Positions 25,088 to 36,970 of a DNA stretch of 64,000 nucleotides are shown here, piece after piece. The stretch's first letter is position 1, and each line of letters begins with the position of its first letter. This stretch comes from Isurus oxyrinchus (lineage: Eukaryota), in the NCBI GenBank assembly GCA_026770705.1, contig JANJGN010000009.1, positions 116,622,001 to 116,686,000 on the forward strand, read 5' to 3'. Both the position numbers and the translations under genes were made by a program. Below the pieces are notes generated by a model that saw only the letters and a program-made list of their open reading frames with translations, ran no database searches and was not told the DNA's origin.

Positions 25088-25925
25088 GAATATTGCTGAA
25101 AAAAAACATTTTGTCAAAGCTTTTCATCTTTCACTCATCAGGCTAATCACAAGAATACCAATATCAGGGGAAGCAACAACTTTATACCGTATGAGAAGAG
25201 AGTCCTGATTGGTTGGCAAGTGGACTCTGGTAGAGGCATTGCCATGGAGAATGCACCAGTTAATGGTGATTGACAGTTAACTGCCTAACATTGTTTGAAA
25301 TTTAAATCAAACAGCTTGGCTCTGATTGGTCAAGGTATTGCCCTGATGAATGACCCAGTGAAAGGCTAACATTTATTTTGTTTAGCTGAAACAGGCGCAA
25401 CATGTGTACATGTTTTTCCTGTCTGCAACGAACAGGGCCCTGTGTATTACTATATGTAGCTTCCAGTACAAATGATTGCACCACACTGTGAGCCAAACTG
25501 ACAACCTTAAATTGGTTGTGAGGGTAATTTTTAGCACACTGAGGATTATTTAGTAAATGTTGTCTAATTGTGGAATCACATCTAATGTTGGATACTGTGC
25601 TTTGAGTTATGCAAGCACGAGCTAGTCAGGCATGATCTGTACCTTGCCCATTGCGAACAAACAGCATGTCCCTTCCATTACAAGAACAGAATTACCTGGA
25701 AAAACTCAGCAGGTCTGGCAGCATCGGCGGAGAAGAAAAGAGTTGACGTTTCAAGTCCTCATGACCCTTCGACAGAACTTGAGTGAGTCCTCTTCTCATA
25801 TAGTATACAATTGTTGCTTCCCCTGACATTGGTATTCTTGCGATTGTCCTGATGAGTGCAAAACAAAAAGTTTCAACAAAATGTCTTTTTTCAGCAATAC
25901 TCAAGTTCTGTACTACCAAACAACT
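25088..25925 (-). mobile_element. Truncated Penelope-like element (family B) with inverted pLTR
   Basis: Minus strand reads CDSTIRQHLLNNPQCAKNY..VLEATY..QGPVRCRQ (GIY-YIG C-terminus). 25088-25200 and 25790-25905 are inverted copies, each with a CTGATGAGT hammerhead-like core. Confidence 0.8.
25741..25779 (-). ncRNA. Minimal type I hammerhead-like motif (family A pLTR fragment)
   Basis: Reverse complement AGTT-CTGTCGA-A-GGGTC-ATGAG-GACTT-GAAA-CG-TC-AACT; stem I AGTT/AACT is intact. Confidence 0.55.
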
Positions 25926-28060
25926 ATTTATAATCCTGTTATTATGAGTGTTGGGCTGTGTTGAATAGTGAAAAACAGAGAGAAAAATCCTATGTTGGGG
26001 TAGTATGTACCATCTGCTCGGTCTGGGATTTACATAGGCAAGGCAGCATGCTTGAGCATCAAGAACATACCATGTGCAGAAGACACAAGGGCCACCAGGA
26101 CTATCGGCAAACCAAATCATATATAGTGTATATGATATGAAGAACTAGAGAAAAACAATTTGTTTGTGTACACTTACTCTGCATTCCTGATTTATTGCTC
26201 AAAAGCGGGAGAGGAAACTTTCAGTGAAAGATTATTGCTGACATCAGTGTCAGTTGCAACAGGGTTGGACCGTTTATTTAAAAATTATACCAACATAACA
26301 ACCCTTGGTTGAGAGGGCATGCTGGGGCAATCTCCTCATGGGTCCGAACCAACACCCATATCATTCTGAAATCAGCCATTGGGAGCTATGTGTGAACAGC
26401 CAAAGTAACCTTAAAAGGAACAAAGAATGTACAAAGCTAGTCCCTGCTGTTCTGTGCACAACATGTGGTCTCCTTGATTACATAATGCAGGATTGACAAA
26501 GGCAAGAAAGAAACTCACTCCAATTAACCACAGCTTGCTTAACTCATCTTGTGCTGAACACTATGTAACTGTGGTCTTGCATAAAACCAAACAACTTTTC
26601 TAACCTTATGAATCACTAAAAAAAAAGCCCTTACTTTCTGGAAGTACTTACTTTGAGTTAAATTCACCAAGAATACAGATCAAACTAAAATTGAGACAGC
26701 AAGAGCCACTGACTGCATTTCTAACCATTGCAATGCTTGCTGATCTTCTACCTTGCAAAGCAGCAGAAGCTATATTTGTAAAAAAATATCCATTACAAAC
26801 CCACCGACTCCCACAGCTACCTCGACTACAGCTCCTCACACCCCGCTTCCTGTAAGGACTCCATCCCATTCTCACAGTTCCTTCGCCTCCGTCGCATCTG
26901 TTCCGATGATGCTACCTTCAAAAACAGTTCCTCTGACATGTCCTCCTTCTTCCTTAACCGACGTTTTCCACCCACGGTCGTTGAAAGGGCCCTCAACCGT
27001 GTCCGGCCCATCTCCCGCGCATCCGCCCTCACGCCTTCTCCTCCCTCCCAGAAACATGATAGGGTCCCCCTTGTCCTCACTTATCACCCCACCAGCCTCC
27101 GCATTCAAAGGATCATCCTCCGCCATTTCCGCCAACTCCAGCATGATGCCACCACCAAACACATCTTCCCTTCACCCCCCTTATCGGCATTCCGTAGGGA
27201 TCGCTCCCTCTGGGACACCCTGGTCCACTCCTCCATCACCCCCTACTCCTCAACCCCCTCCTATGGCCCACGCAAAAGATGTAACACCTGCCCCTTCACT
27301 TCCTCTCTCCTCACCGTCCAAGGACCCAAACACTCCTTTCAAGTGAAGCAGCATTTCACTTGCATTTCCCCCAACTTAATCTACTGCATTTGTTGCTCCC
27401 AATGTGGTCTCCGCTAAATTGGAGAGACCAAACGTAAACGGGGCAACCGCTTTGCAGAACACCTGCGGTCTGTTCGCAAGAATGACCCAAACCTCCCTGT
27501 GGCTTGCCATTTTAACACTCCACCCTGCTCTCTTGCCCACATGTCTGTCCTTGGCTTGCTGCATTGTTCCAGAGAAGCCCAACGCAAACTGGAGGAACAA
27601 CACCTCATGTTCCGACAAGGCACTTTACAGCCTTCCGGACTGAATATTGGATTCAACAACTTTAGGTCGTGAGCTCCCTCCCCCATCTCCACCCCCTTTC
27701 CGTTTCCCCCTTCCTTTTTTTTCCAATAAATTATATAGATTTTTCTTTTCCCACCTATTTCCATTATTTTTAAATATTTTAAAATCTTTTATGCTCTCCC
27801 CACCCCCACTAGAGCTATACCTTGAGTGCACTACCATCCATTCTTAATTAGCACATTCGTTTAGATAATATCACCAACTTTAACACCTATGTGTTCTTTT
27901 GTTCTATTGTTGTTGACATCTTTTGATGATCTGCTTCTATCACTGCTTGTTTGTCCCTACAACCACACCACCCCCTCCACTTCTCACTCTCTCTCTCTCT
28001 CCGCCGCCCCCACACACCTTAAACCAGCTTATATTTCAACTCTTTCTTGGACTCGAACTC

Positions 28061-28099
28061 AATTCTGTCGAAGGGTCATGAGGACTCGAAACGTCAACT
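28061..28099 (+). ncRNA. Minimal type I hammerhead-like motif in the pLTR
   Basis: CTGTCGA-A-GGGTC-ATGAG-GACTC-GAAA-CG-TC-AACT; 5-bp stem II and palindromic ACGT at stem III. Confidence 0.55.
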
Positions 28100-28233
28100 C
28101 TTTTCTTCTCCGCCGATGCTGCCAGACCAGCTGAGTTTTTCCAGGTAATTCTGTTTTTGTTTTGGATTTCCAGCATCCGCAGTTTTTTTGTTTTTCTCTC
28201 TGCATTTAATTGACTGCCACTGCTCTTCAAGAA

Positions 28234-30995
28234 ATGCCTACCTCCTCGAAGAAGTTCTGTTCTTTTCTGTGACAAGATTTCTGTTCCTCTCTTTTGCCTT
28301 GCTCACCTTCCTTTCTTTCCATTTCCCTCCTGGTGTTTGACAAGGTTTTTACTAAAACCCGCTTTCACAGCCATATTTCCTTTCTCAGTGACTGTCTCCG
28401 TCTCCGACTTACCCCATGTGGATTTCAACTGAAATTCCACCCCTCATGTTTCGAACCCACCCAGGATTACAGGTATCTCCGGGACATAAAACGTTTCTCG
28501 GACTGCTGTTCCCATCACATTCTGAAATCCACACTCAGTGCCATGCGCCGCCATATGAACACACTCGACCTCTCCCTCCAGCAGCACCACCGTACCCTTT
28601 TTCAAAGCTGCACGTGCCCCCAGTTTCATTTTATTCTTTGGCTCATCTGACGCCTCAACAAGAAACTTTTTCTCTTTCTCTCAAGTGCTAAGGAATACAA
28701 ACTCCAACAACTCATCGACACCAACACCCATCTAGGACCCTCCACCCCTGCCCGTCCCTCCGTCCCCACCCCATCTTCCAATCCCAGCCCCGGCCATGTA
28801 TTCACTATACCCCCTGACCTTCCCCTCTCCGATGCTGAATGTTCATTGCTCAGTAAAGGACTTAGTTTCATACCATTACGCCCTCACCTCAATGAATTTC
28901 GGGCTCGGCATGATGCTGAACTCTTCTTCCGCCGTCTTCGTCTCTGGGCCCACTTCTTTGGGCAGGAGTCCTCTCCCAGTTCAACGGATCCTTTTACCCA
29001 TCTCCAATATTCTCCCTCCACCTGGACCCCTCCCTCTGGATTCTTACCTTCTCTTGATCTTTTCATTGAGAACTGTCGGCGCGACATTAGACGTCTCAAT
29101 TTCTCTGCTCCTCTCACCCATTCTAACCTGTCTCTCTTTGAACTTACTGCAATCCATTCTCTCAGGTCCAACCCTGACATTGTCATCAAACCCGCTGACA
29201 AGGGTGGTGCTGTTGTTGTCTGGCGCACTGACCTCTACCTCGCGGAGGCTGAGCGTCAACTCGTAGACACTTCCTCCTACCTCTCCCTGGACCATGACCC
29301 CACCACTGAACATCAAGCCATTGTTTCCAGGACTGTCACTGACTTCATCTCCTCTGGGGATCTCCCTCCCACAGCTTCCAACCTGATAGTCGCCCAACCT
29401 CGGACGGCCCGCTTCTATCTCCTACCCAAAATCCACAAACAGAACTGCCCTGGTAGACCGATCATCTCAGCTTGCTCCTGTCCCACAGAACTCATTTCTC
29501 GTTATCTTGACTCCCTTCTCTCTCCCCTTGTCCAGTCCCTTCCCACCTACATCCGTGATTCCTCTGACACCTTACGTCACATCAACAATTTCCAGTTCCC
29601 TGGCCCCAACCGCTTCCTCTTCACCATGGACGTCCAATCCCTCTACACCTCCATCCCCCACCAGGATGGTCTGAGGGCCCTTAGCTTCTTCCTCGAACAG
29701 AGGCCCGAACAATCACCATCCACCACTACTCTCCTCCGTCTGGCTGAACTTGTTCTCACGCTGAACAATTTCTCCTTCAACTCCTCTCACTTCCTCCAAA
29801 TAAAAGGTGTGGCTTTGGGTACCCGCATGGGCCCCAGCTATGCCTGTCTCTTTATGGGGTATGTGGAACATTCCTTGTTCAATCCTACTCCAGCCCCCTT
29901 CCACAACTCTTTCTCCGGTACATCGATGATTACTTCGGTGCCGCTTCATGTTCCCGTCGGGACTTGGAAAAATTTATTAATTTTGCTTCCAATCTCCACC
30001 CCTCCATCATTTTCACGTGGTCCATCTCTGACACTTCCCTTCCCTTCCTTGACCTCTCTGTCTCAATCTCTGGTGATAGACTGTCCACCAATATCCATTA
30101 GAAACCCACCGACTCCCACAGCTATCTCGACTACAGCTCCTCACACGCTGCCTCCTGTAAGGACTCCATCCCATTCTCTCAGTTCCTTCACCTTCGTCGC
30201 ATCTGTTCCGATGATGCTACCTTCAAAAACGGTTCCTCTGACATGTCCTCCTTCTTCCTTAACCAACGTTTTCCACCCACGGTCATTGACAGGGCCCTCA
30301 ACAGTGTCCGGCCCATCTCCCACGCATCCGCCCTCACGCCTTCTCCTCCCTCCCAGAAACATGATAGGGTCCCCCTTGTCCTCACTTATCCCCCCACCAG
30401 CCTCTGCATTCAAAGGATCATCCTCCGCCATTTCCGCCAACTCCAGCATGATGCCACCACCAAACACATCTTCCCTTCACCGCCCCCCCCCCCTAACGGC
30501 ATTCCGTAGGGATCGCTCCCTCCGGGACACCCTGGTCCACTCCTCCATCACCCCCTACTCTTCAACCCCCTCCTATGGCACCACCTCATGCACATGCAAA
30601 AGATGCAACACCTGCCCCTTCACTTCCTCTCTCCTCACCGTCCAAGGACCCAAACACTCCTTTCAAGTGAAGCAACATTTCACTTGCATTTCCCCCAACT
30701 TAGTCTACTGCATTCGTTGCTCCCAATGTGGTCTCCTCTACATTGGAGAGACCAAACATAAACTGGGCGACTGCTTTGCAGAACACCTGCGGTCTGTCCG
30801 CAAGAATGACCCAAACCTCCCTGTCGCTTGCCATTTTAACACTCCACCCAGCTGTCTTGCCCACATGTCTGTCCTTGGCTTGCTGCATTGTTCCAGTGAA
30901 GCCCAACGCAAACTGGAGGAACAACACCTCATCTTCTGACTAGGCACTTTACAGCCTTCAGGACTGAATATTGAATTCAACAACTTTAGGTCGTG
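28234..30995 (+). pseudogene. Penelope polyprotein (RT + GIY-YIG endonuclease), inactivated
   Basis: LSKGLSF, IKPADKGGAVVV, FYLLPKIHK, GRPIIS, TMDVQSLYTSIP, GVALGTRMGPSYA, LRYIDD (~29913-29930, shifted frame), LVYCIRC..LYIGET. TGA stops at ~28270, 28648 and 30937, TAG at ~30099, frameshifts at ~29880 and ~30485. Confidence 0.92.
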
Positions 30996-31393
30996 AGCTC
31001 CCTCCCCCATCCCCACCCCCTTTCTGTTTCCCCCTTCCTTTTTTTTCCAATAAATTATATAGATTTTTCTTTTCCCACCTATTTCCATTATTTTTAAATA
31101 TTTTAAAATCTTTTATGCTCTCCCCACCCCCACTAGAGCTATACCTTGAGCGCACTACCATCCATTCTTAATTAGCACATTCGTTTAGATAATATCACCA
31201 ACTTTAACACCTATGTGTTCTTTTGTACTATTGTTGTTGACATCTTTTGATGATCTGCTTCTATCACTGCTTGTTTGTCCCCACAACCACACCCCCCCTC
31301 CACTTCTCTCTCTCTCTCTCTCTCTCTCTCCGCACACCCCCCCACACACCTTAAACCAGCTTATATTTCAACTCTTTCTTGGACTCAAACTCA

Positions 31394-31432
31394 AGTTCTG
31401 TCGAAGGATCATGAGGACTTGAAACGTCAACT
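31394..31432 (+). ncRNA. Minimal type I hammerhead-like motif in the 3' pLTR
   Basis: AGTT-CTGTCGA-A-GGATC-ATGAG-GACTT-GAAA-CG-TC-AACT. Confidence 0.5.
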
Positions 31433-32186
31433 CTTTTATTCTCCGCCGATGCTGCCAGACCTGCTGATTTTTTGCGGGTAATTCTGTTTTTGTTTTAGAA
31501 GCTATATTTGTGTTACCTAAGCCAATGATTCTCAAACTAGGATCCGTCAGTCCCTGGAGTCCGTAGAGACTTCCCAAGGGTCTGTGAAATAATGTCGATG
31601 AGATTTATTTCTGTTAACCTGTGGATTGGGCGTGCACTGTTGGCCGTTATTCTGATTTCCTTTGTCTGCTTGAGCAGTGCAGCCGAGAGGCAGAGAACCG
31701 GGCAGTTCAATGTTAGATCAAGGGTCTAGTACATTTTCAAAGTGGGACACTGATAAGGGATCAGCAGCTGGGCAGTGAGGCTGAGACATCTCTGAGAATG
31801 AACACACAGTTATTTAGTGGGGCCTCAAACTGACAGAGAATCCTAATTAGAGAGGAGTTGGGAGGCCCCAGAGACAGTGGGAAAAGATTCGCAGGGCTGC
31901 GCGAGGGTCTGCGGGAGGCACCATATCAGCCCCGTCCAGATCAATAACAGATCAAGCTTTATTCACTGAGCACAGCAGCTGAGTCCGTGACCGAACCCAC
32001 CATATTAAAGCTGTGATCCCAGTTACTAGTGGTGTCCCAATGGCAGGGATGCTGCACACCAGGTAGTGTGTCAGCGATATTGTGGTGTAGCTGAGTCAGT
32101 CTACAACAGAGTGGGAAGGAGCACCCAAAATGCCCAGCAGCTGTGCACTTTGTGTAGTGAGGCAGCAAGTGGAGGGTTACACCTGA

Positions 32187-33010
32187 TAAAAGCAAAATAC
32201 TGTGGATGCTGGTAATCTGAAACAAAAACAAAAATTGCTGGAAAAGCTCAGCAGGTCTGACAGCATCAGTGGAGAGAAAGACAGAGTTGACGTTTTGAGT
32301 CCAGATGACTCTTCTTCAGGGCTAAAGAGAGGTAGAAATGTGGTGAAATTTATACTGTTTAAGCAGGGGGGAGGGGTTCGGGTGAGATAGATGAAGCTGG
32401 ACAGAAGGCCAGTTGGTGGAGGGAAAGAAGAGATTGCAAAAGATGTCAACTACAAAAGATCGAAGGGGTATTGATGGTGGTGGTACTGGCTAAAGGAGGT
32501 GTTAATGATGACATTAAGAGTAGGAAGCAGGATGAGCAAGTGACAGATGGCCCTCGTGGGGGTGGGGGGAGGGGACAGGTTGGGAAAAAAGATCAAAATA
32601 GGCTAAAAGGTGTGGATAAAACAATGAATGGAAATAAATTTTTAAAATAATAATAGAAATGAGTGGGAAAAATGTAAATATTAAAATAAAAAAAAAATAT
32701 TTGAAAAAAGGGGATCACAAAGGGGTGAAGATGGAGCAGAGTGTTCATGATCTGAAGTTGTTGAACTCAATATTAAGTCCTGAAGGCTGTAAAGTGCCTA
32801 ATCAGAAGATGAGGGGCTGTTCCTCCAGTTTGAGCTGAGCTTCACTGGAACATTGCAGCAGACCAAGGACGGACATGTGGGCATAAGAGCAGGGTGGAAT
32901 GTTGAAATGGCAAGTGACAGGGAGGTCTGGGTAATGCTTGCAGACAGACTGAAGATGTTCTGCAAAGCAGTCACCCAGTCTGCGTTTGGTCTCTCCAATG
33001 TAGAGGAGAC
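32187..33010 (-). mobile_element. 5'-truncated Penelope-like element (related subfamily)
   Basis: LLYIGETKRRLGDCFAEHL..KLEEQPLIF (ORF 32802-33059); pLTR at 32187-32325 with reverse complement CTGAAGA-A-GAGTC-ATCTG-GACTC-AAAA-CGTC; ACCTGA occurs at both junctions. Confidence 0.88.
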
Positions 33011-33489
33011 CTGAAGCAGTCCCAGTGTTTCCAACAGGAGCCACCGAGCCAAATCGCACTCCAGCAGTTGTGTGACAAAATATTCTACAGTTATGTTCCT
33101 AAACCTGTAGGTCACCTTTCAGCTGAAGGGAAGATTAAAGCTTTCACAACATCAATCACATCATGGAATTGTTACAGCACAGAGGGAGCTCATTGGGCTC
33201 ATTGTGTCTGCACCATCTCTAAAAATGTGCAATCACTCAGTGCCACTCTCTTGCCTTTTCCCGTAACCTGCACATTCTTCCTTTTTAAATAACATTCTAA
33301 TTCCATTTTGATTGCCTTGATTGAACCTGCCTCCATCACAATCTCAGACATTCCAGACCATAGAACCATAGAAAAGTTACGGTGCAGAAAGTGGACATTC
33401 AGTCCATCGTGTCTACGTCAGCCAAATAGAGAAAAAAGAAACAAGAAGAACTTAACCACTCACTGCATAAAATTGTTTTTCCTTATTGG

Positions 33490-34872
33490 AACATAGGACC
33501 TTGGAGCAGGAGTACGCCATTCAGCCCTTCAAAATTGTTCTGCCATGAAATAATATCAGGCTGATATGGTTCTGGTCTCAATTCACTTTGCCGTCTGCCC
33601 CCATAATCCTTGACTCTCTTGTCCATCAAAAATCTTGAATAAATGACTCAGCCATCCCTGGTCTTTGGGGAAGAGAATTTCACATAATAATGACCCTCTT
33701 GGAGAAAAAAAATCTTCTCATTTTAGTCTTAAACACATGATCTCTTATTCTTAACCTGTAGCCCCCCCGGTTCCAGTCTCTCCCACAAGTGGAAACATCC
33801 TCCTGGTATCTACCTATGAAGCCCCCTCAGGATCTTATATGTTTCAATAAGATCACCTCCCATTCTTCTAACCTCCAGTGGGAATAGGCCCAACCTGTTC
33901 AACCTTAATAAGATAAGCCCCTCATCCCAGGAATGAGTCGAGTGAGCCTTCTCTGAGCTGCTTTTAACATAATTATATATTTTTCAAATAAGGAGACCAA
34001 ATCAATACAGGATTCCAGATGTGGTCTCACCAAGGTCCTGTACAGCTGCAGTAAAACTTCCCTACTTTTATATTCCATTCCCCATTCAATAAACACTGAC
34101 ATTCCATTTACCTTACTAATCACTTGCTATAACTGTATACTAACTTTTTGTGATTCATCATGTACCAGGGTACCTAGATCCCTCTGTACCACAGAGTTCT
34201 GCAATCTCTCTCCATTTAAATAATATGCTGCTTTTCTATTCTTCCTGCCAAAGTGGACAAGTTCACATTTTCCCACATAATACTCTCTCTGCCAAAGTTT
34301 TGTCCTCTCATTTAACCTGTCTATAATTTCTTTGCAAATTTGTTTCTCTACATCGTCCCCAGTAGTTGGTGGCCTATAGACAATACCGAGTAGTGTATTT
34401 GTACCTTTTTGTTCCTTATCTCTAACCAAGTAGATGCTGTCCTTGAACCCTCTGGGACATCCTCACTTTCACTCTAGCACTGCAATGCTCTCCTTAATCA
34501 TGACATCACCCATCCATTTTTCTTCCTTTCCTATGTGTCCTGAACATTTTGTATCCAGAGATATTTAGCACAGTCCTGCCCTTCTTTGAGCCAGGTCTCT
34601 GTTACTGCCACAACATCAGGTTTCCACATAGCAATCTGAGCCTGTGACTCATCAATCTTATTTACCACACTCCATACATTCACATATGTGAACACTAAAC
34701 CTGATTTTAGACTTTATTACTTTCTCCCTTACTCTGACCCCACTTATTAACTTATGATTCCTTATTCTAATTCTAATTCAATCTGTCTCACCCAGTATTA
34801 TGTGCACCTTGGTATTCTTCATTGATATTATCTCCCAGTTCCCACACCCCTACCAAGTTGGTTTAAAGATTC
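33490..34872 (-). mobile_element. CR1 ORF2 fragments (3' end, RT C-terminus, APE piece)
   Basis: YKSREVLLQLYRTLVRPHLE; TLLGIVYRPP; 3' tail near 33490. Confidence 0.85.
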
Positions 34873-36007
34873 TGTCATGACAGTGGATTACAGCCCCAAA
34901 TTACTTATGGGCATATTGCACTTTTAAGGAAGACATGAGTTTGTTTTTAAAAAAAAGACTTACAAGCAAAGACACTGAGCAAAAGCTAGTTAAGAATATA
35001 AAGTAACCACTTTCTGGAAAATTTCTATGTCAATTATATTTGACTGACTAGTCCAGTGAGAAAATGGAATGTCACACCTAAGGCCTATTTCAGACAGAAA
35101 CACATGAAAAGAAGAGATGAAATTCAGAAGACTGAACTTTAATCTCCTCTGGTTGCAGAGAGAACTGAGACTGATTACCACATCTCAGCAGAAACCATCT
35201 CCTGTTGAATTATATCTCAGAATGTGGAAATGATCTGAGTTAAAAGAAAATAGACTCTGGGAAAAAGATATGTTTATTTTTTCCCTTCCAGGAATACACA
35301 AGGAAAAGGGTTAAAAAGCTAGCTACAGACCTGATCTGTGTGTTCTAGTTCTGGTGTGCTATTGTGTACTTGTGAGAGCCAAAGCAGAAGAATATTAACT
35401 AGGCACCCGTTGCAGCTTGAAGGCAAAGGCTCCCATTCTGTTGTTGGAGGCCAGTCAGCAACACCACAGTCAAAAAGGAAATAGGACACCTTCTTCAGTC
35501 AACCTGCAGAACCAAGTGTCTCCAAACCAACTGCTAAAGTGCCAGCTGTACTGGAAACACCCAACTTAACGGCCACAATGTTTCACCACCAATGTCTCAC
35601 GGACAAGCCAAAGACTGATGCGTATATCTTTTTAACTTTTATTTGGACTCACCTTCTCATTTCTGATCTGTGGGAATGTGTGTTGTGTTTTTATTATTGT
35701 TTCTTGGGTTTTTGGTAACTAATAAACTTACCCCTTCTTTGACTCAAGAAAGCCTGGTTAAATTGGCTCCTTCTAAAACATAAATTGATTTGGACTTGGA
35801 AAAGATATCCATGGGGGAAAAGGGATCCCTTTAAGTTAACCTTGTGTGACCAACTGAGGGGGTTGAATAAAGAAGGGGAGCTAGATCATTGCTCCTCACC
35901 TGTGAGCATAACAAAATTGGGGTCCTGCTCAGGAAGTTAATAAGTTGGGGTAACTTGTCTGGGATTATAAAAAATTAGGGGACCTTGCCTGGGGAACGGT
36001 CGTAACA
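34873..36007 (+). mobile_element. Solo LTR (Gypsy-like) inserted in CR1
   Basis: TGTCATGAC...GTCGTAACA inverted termini, 4-bp flanks ATTC/ACTC, AATAAA at 35721; CR1 sequence resumes across the insertion. Confidence 0.75.
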
Positions 36008-36965
36008 ACTCCACAACAGCACTAGCAAAATGCCCAGCAAGATACTCAGTCTATTTAGGTACAGCCCGTCTGGCCCGTACAGGTCCCATTTCCCCCAGAG
36101 CCGGTCCCAATGTCCCAAGAATCTAAACCCCTCCTTCCTGCACCATCTTTCCAGTTACAAATTCATCTGCCTTATCCTATTTCTATACTCACTTGTGGGT
36201 GATACAGGGAGTAATCCAGAGGTTACTACCTCTGAGGTCCTGTCTGCTAATTCCCTACCTAGCTCCCCAAATTCTGACTGCAGGACTACATCCCTCCTTC
36301 TGCCTGTGTCGTTCATACCAATGTGGACCATTACTGCTAGCTGTTCATCCTTCCCCATCAGGGGCTCTGCAGCCGTTCAGTGACATCCTTGACCCTGGCA
36401 TCAAGGAGGCAACACGCCATCCAGGATTCACATCTGTGGCTGTAGAAAGCCTATCTATTCTCCTAACTATTGCTCTTCTAGTATTCCTTGTACCCCACTC
36501 TGCCACCACCCACCCACCCCCACCACCACCCTATACAGCTGAACCACCCGTGGTGCCATGGACATGGCTTTATAATAAACTTTACTGCTATTAATAAACC
36601 TTACTTCTATTAATCAGCCTTATTAATACTGATAAATCCTATTAATACTTATCACACTTTACTGGTAGTAATAAACCTTACTTAAAAATAAAAGATAAAA
36701 GATATAATTCTCACCAGCTACTCACTTGTATTACTAATAATTAACTAATCATAATTACAAATAATAACTTGTATTACTAAGTGTACAATACAATAGTATT
36801 AGTATTACTAATACTTAATATTTTTTATTGTTTTAAATTTGCCAGTTGTTTATATTTAGTCCCCAAGCAGCAATACTCACCAGCCAATCAACTTGCAACT
36901 TTCCTGTGATGTCTCACCTCAACTTTTGTTTCAGGACGCGGGCTCTGTTTGTCCTCAGCTTCCCT
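36008..36965 (-). mobile_element. CR1 ORF1 (esterase-like) and probable 5' UTR
   Basis: VMVHIGMNDTGRRRDVVLQSEFGELGREL..SGLLPV (ORF 36155-36358), followed by an AT-rich UTR-like segment. Confidence 0.75.
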
Positions 36966-36970
36966 CTCAA

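Larger units (their letters stand above)
26780..31496 (+). mobile_element. Partial-tandem Penelope-like retroelement (family A) with a 15-bp TSD
   Basis: AGAAGCTATATTTGT at 26765-26779 and 31497-31511. The 5' partial copy (26785-~28165) duplicates ~30090-31496. Confidence 0.93.

Noticed and set aside
28846-30939. 697-aa ORF as an intact, active Penelope protein
   Set aside because: Two compensating frameshifts (~29880, ~30485) put the catalytic YIDD out of frame; the true frame has a TAG at ~30099 and upstream stops cut off the N-terminus.
31523-31590. CAATGATTCTCAAACT resembling a hAT-Charlie terminus
   Set aside because: No matching second TIR or TSD found.
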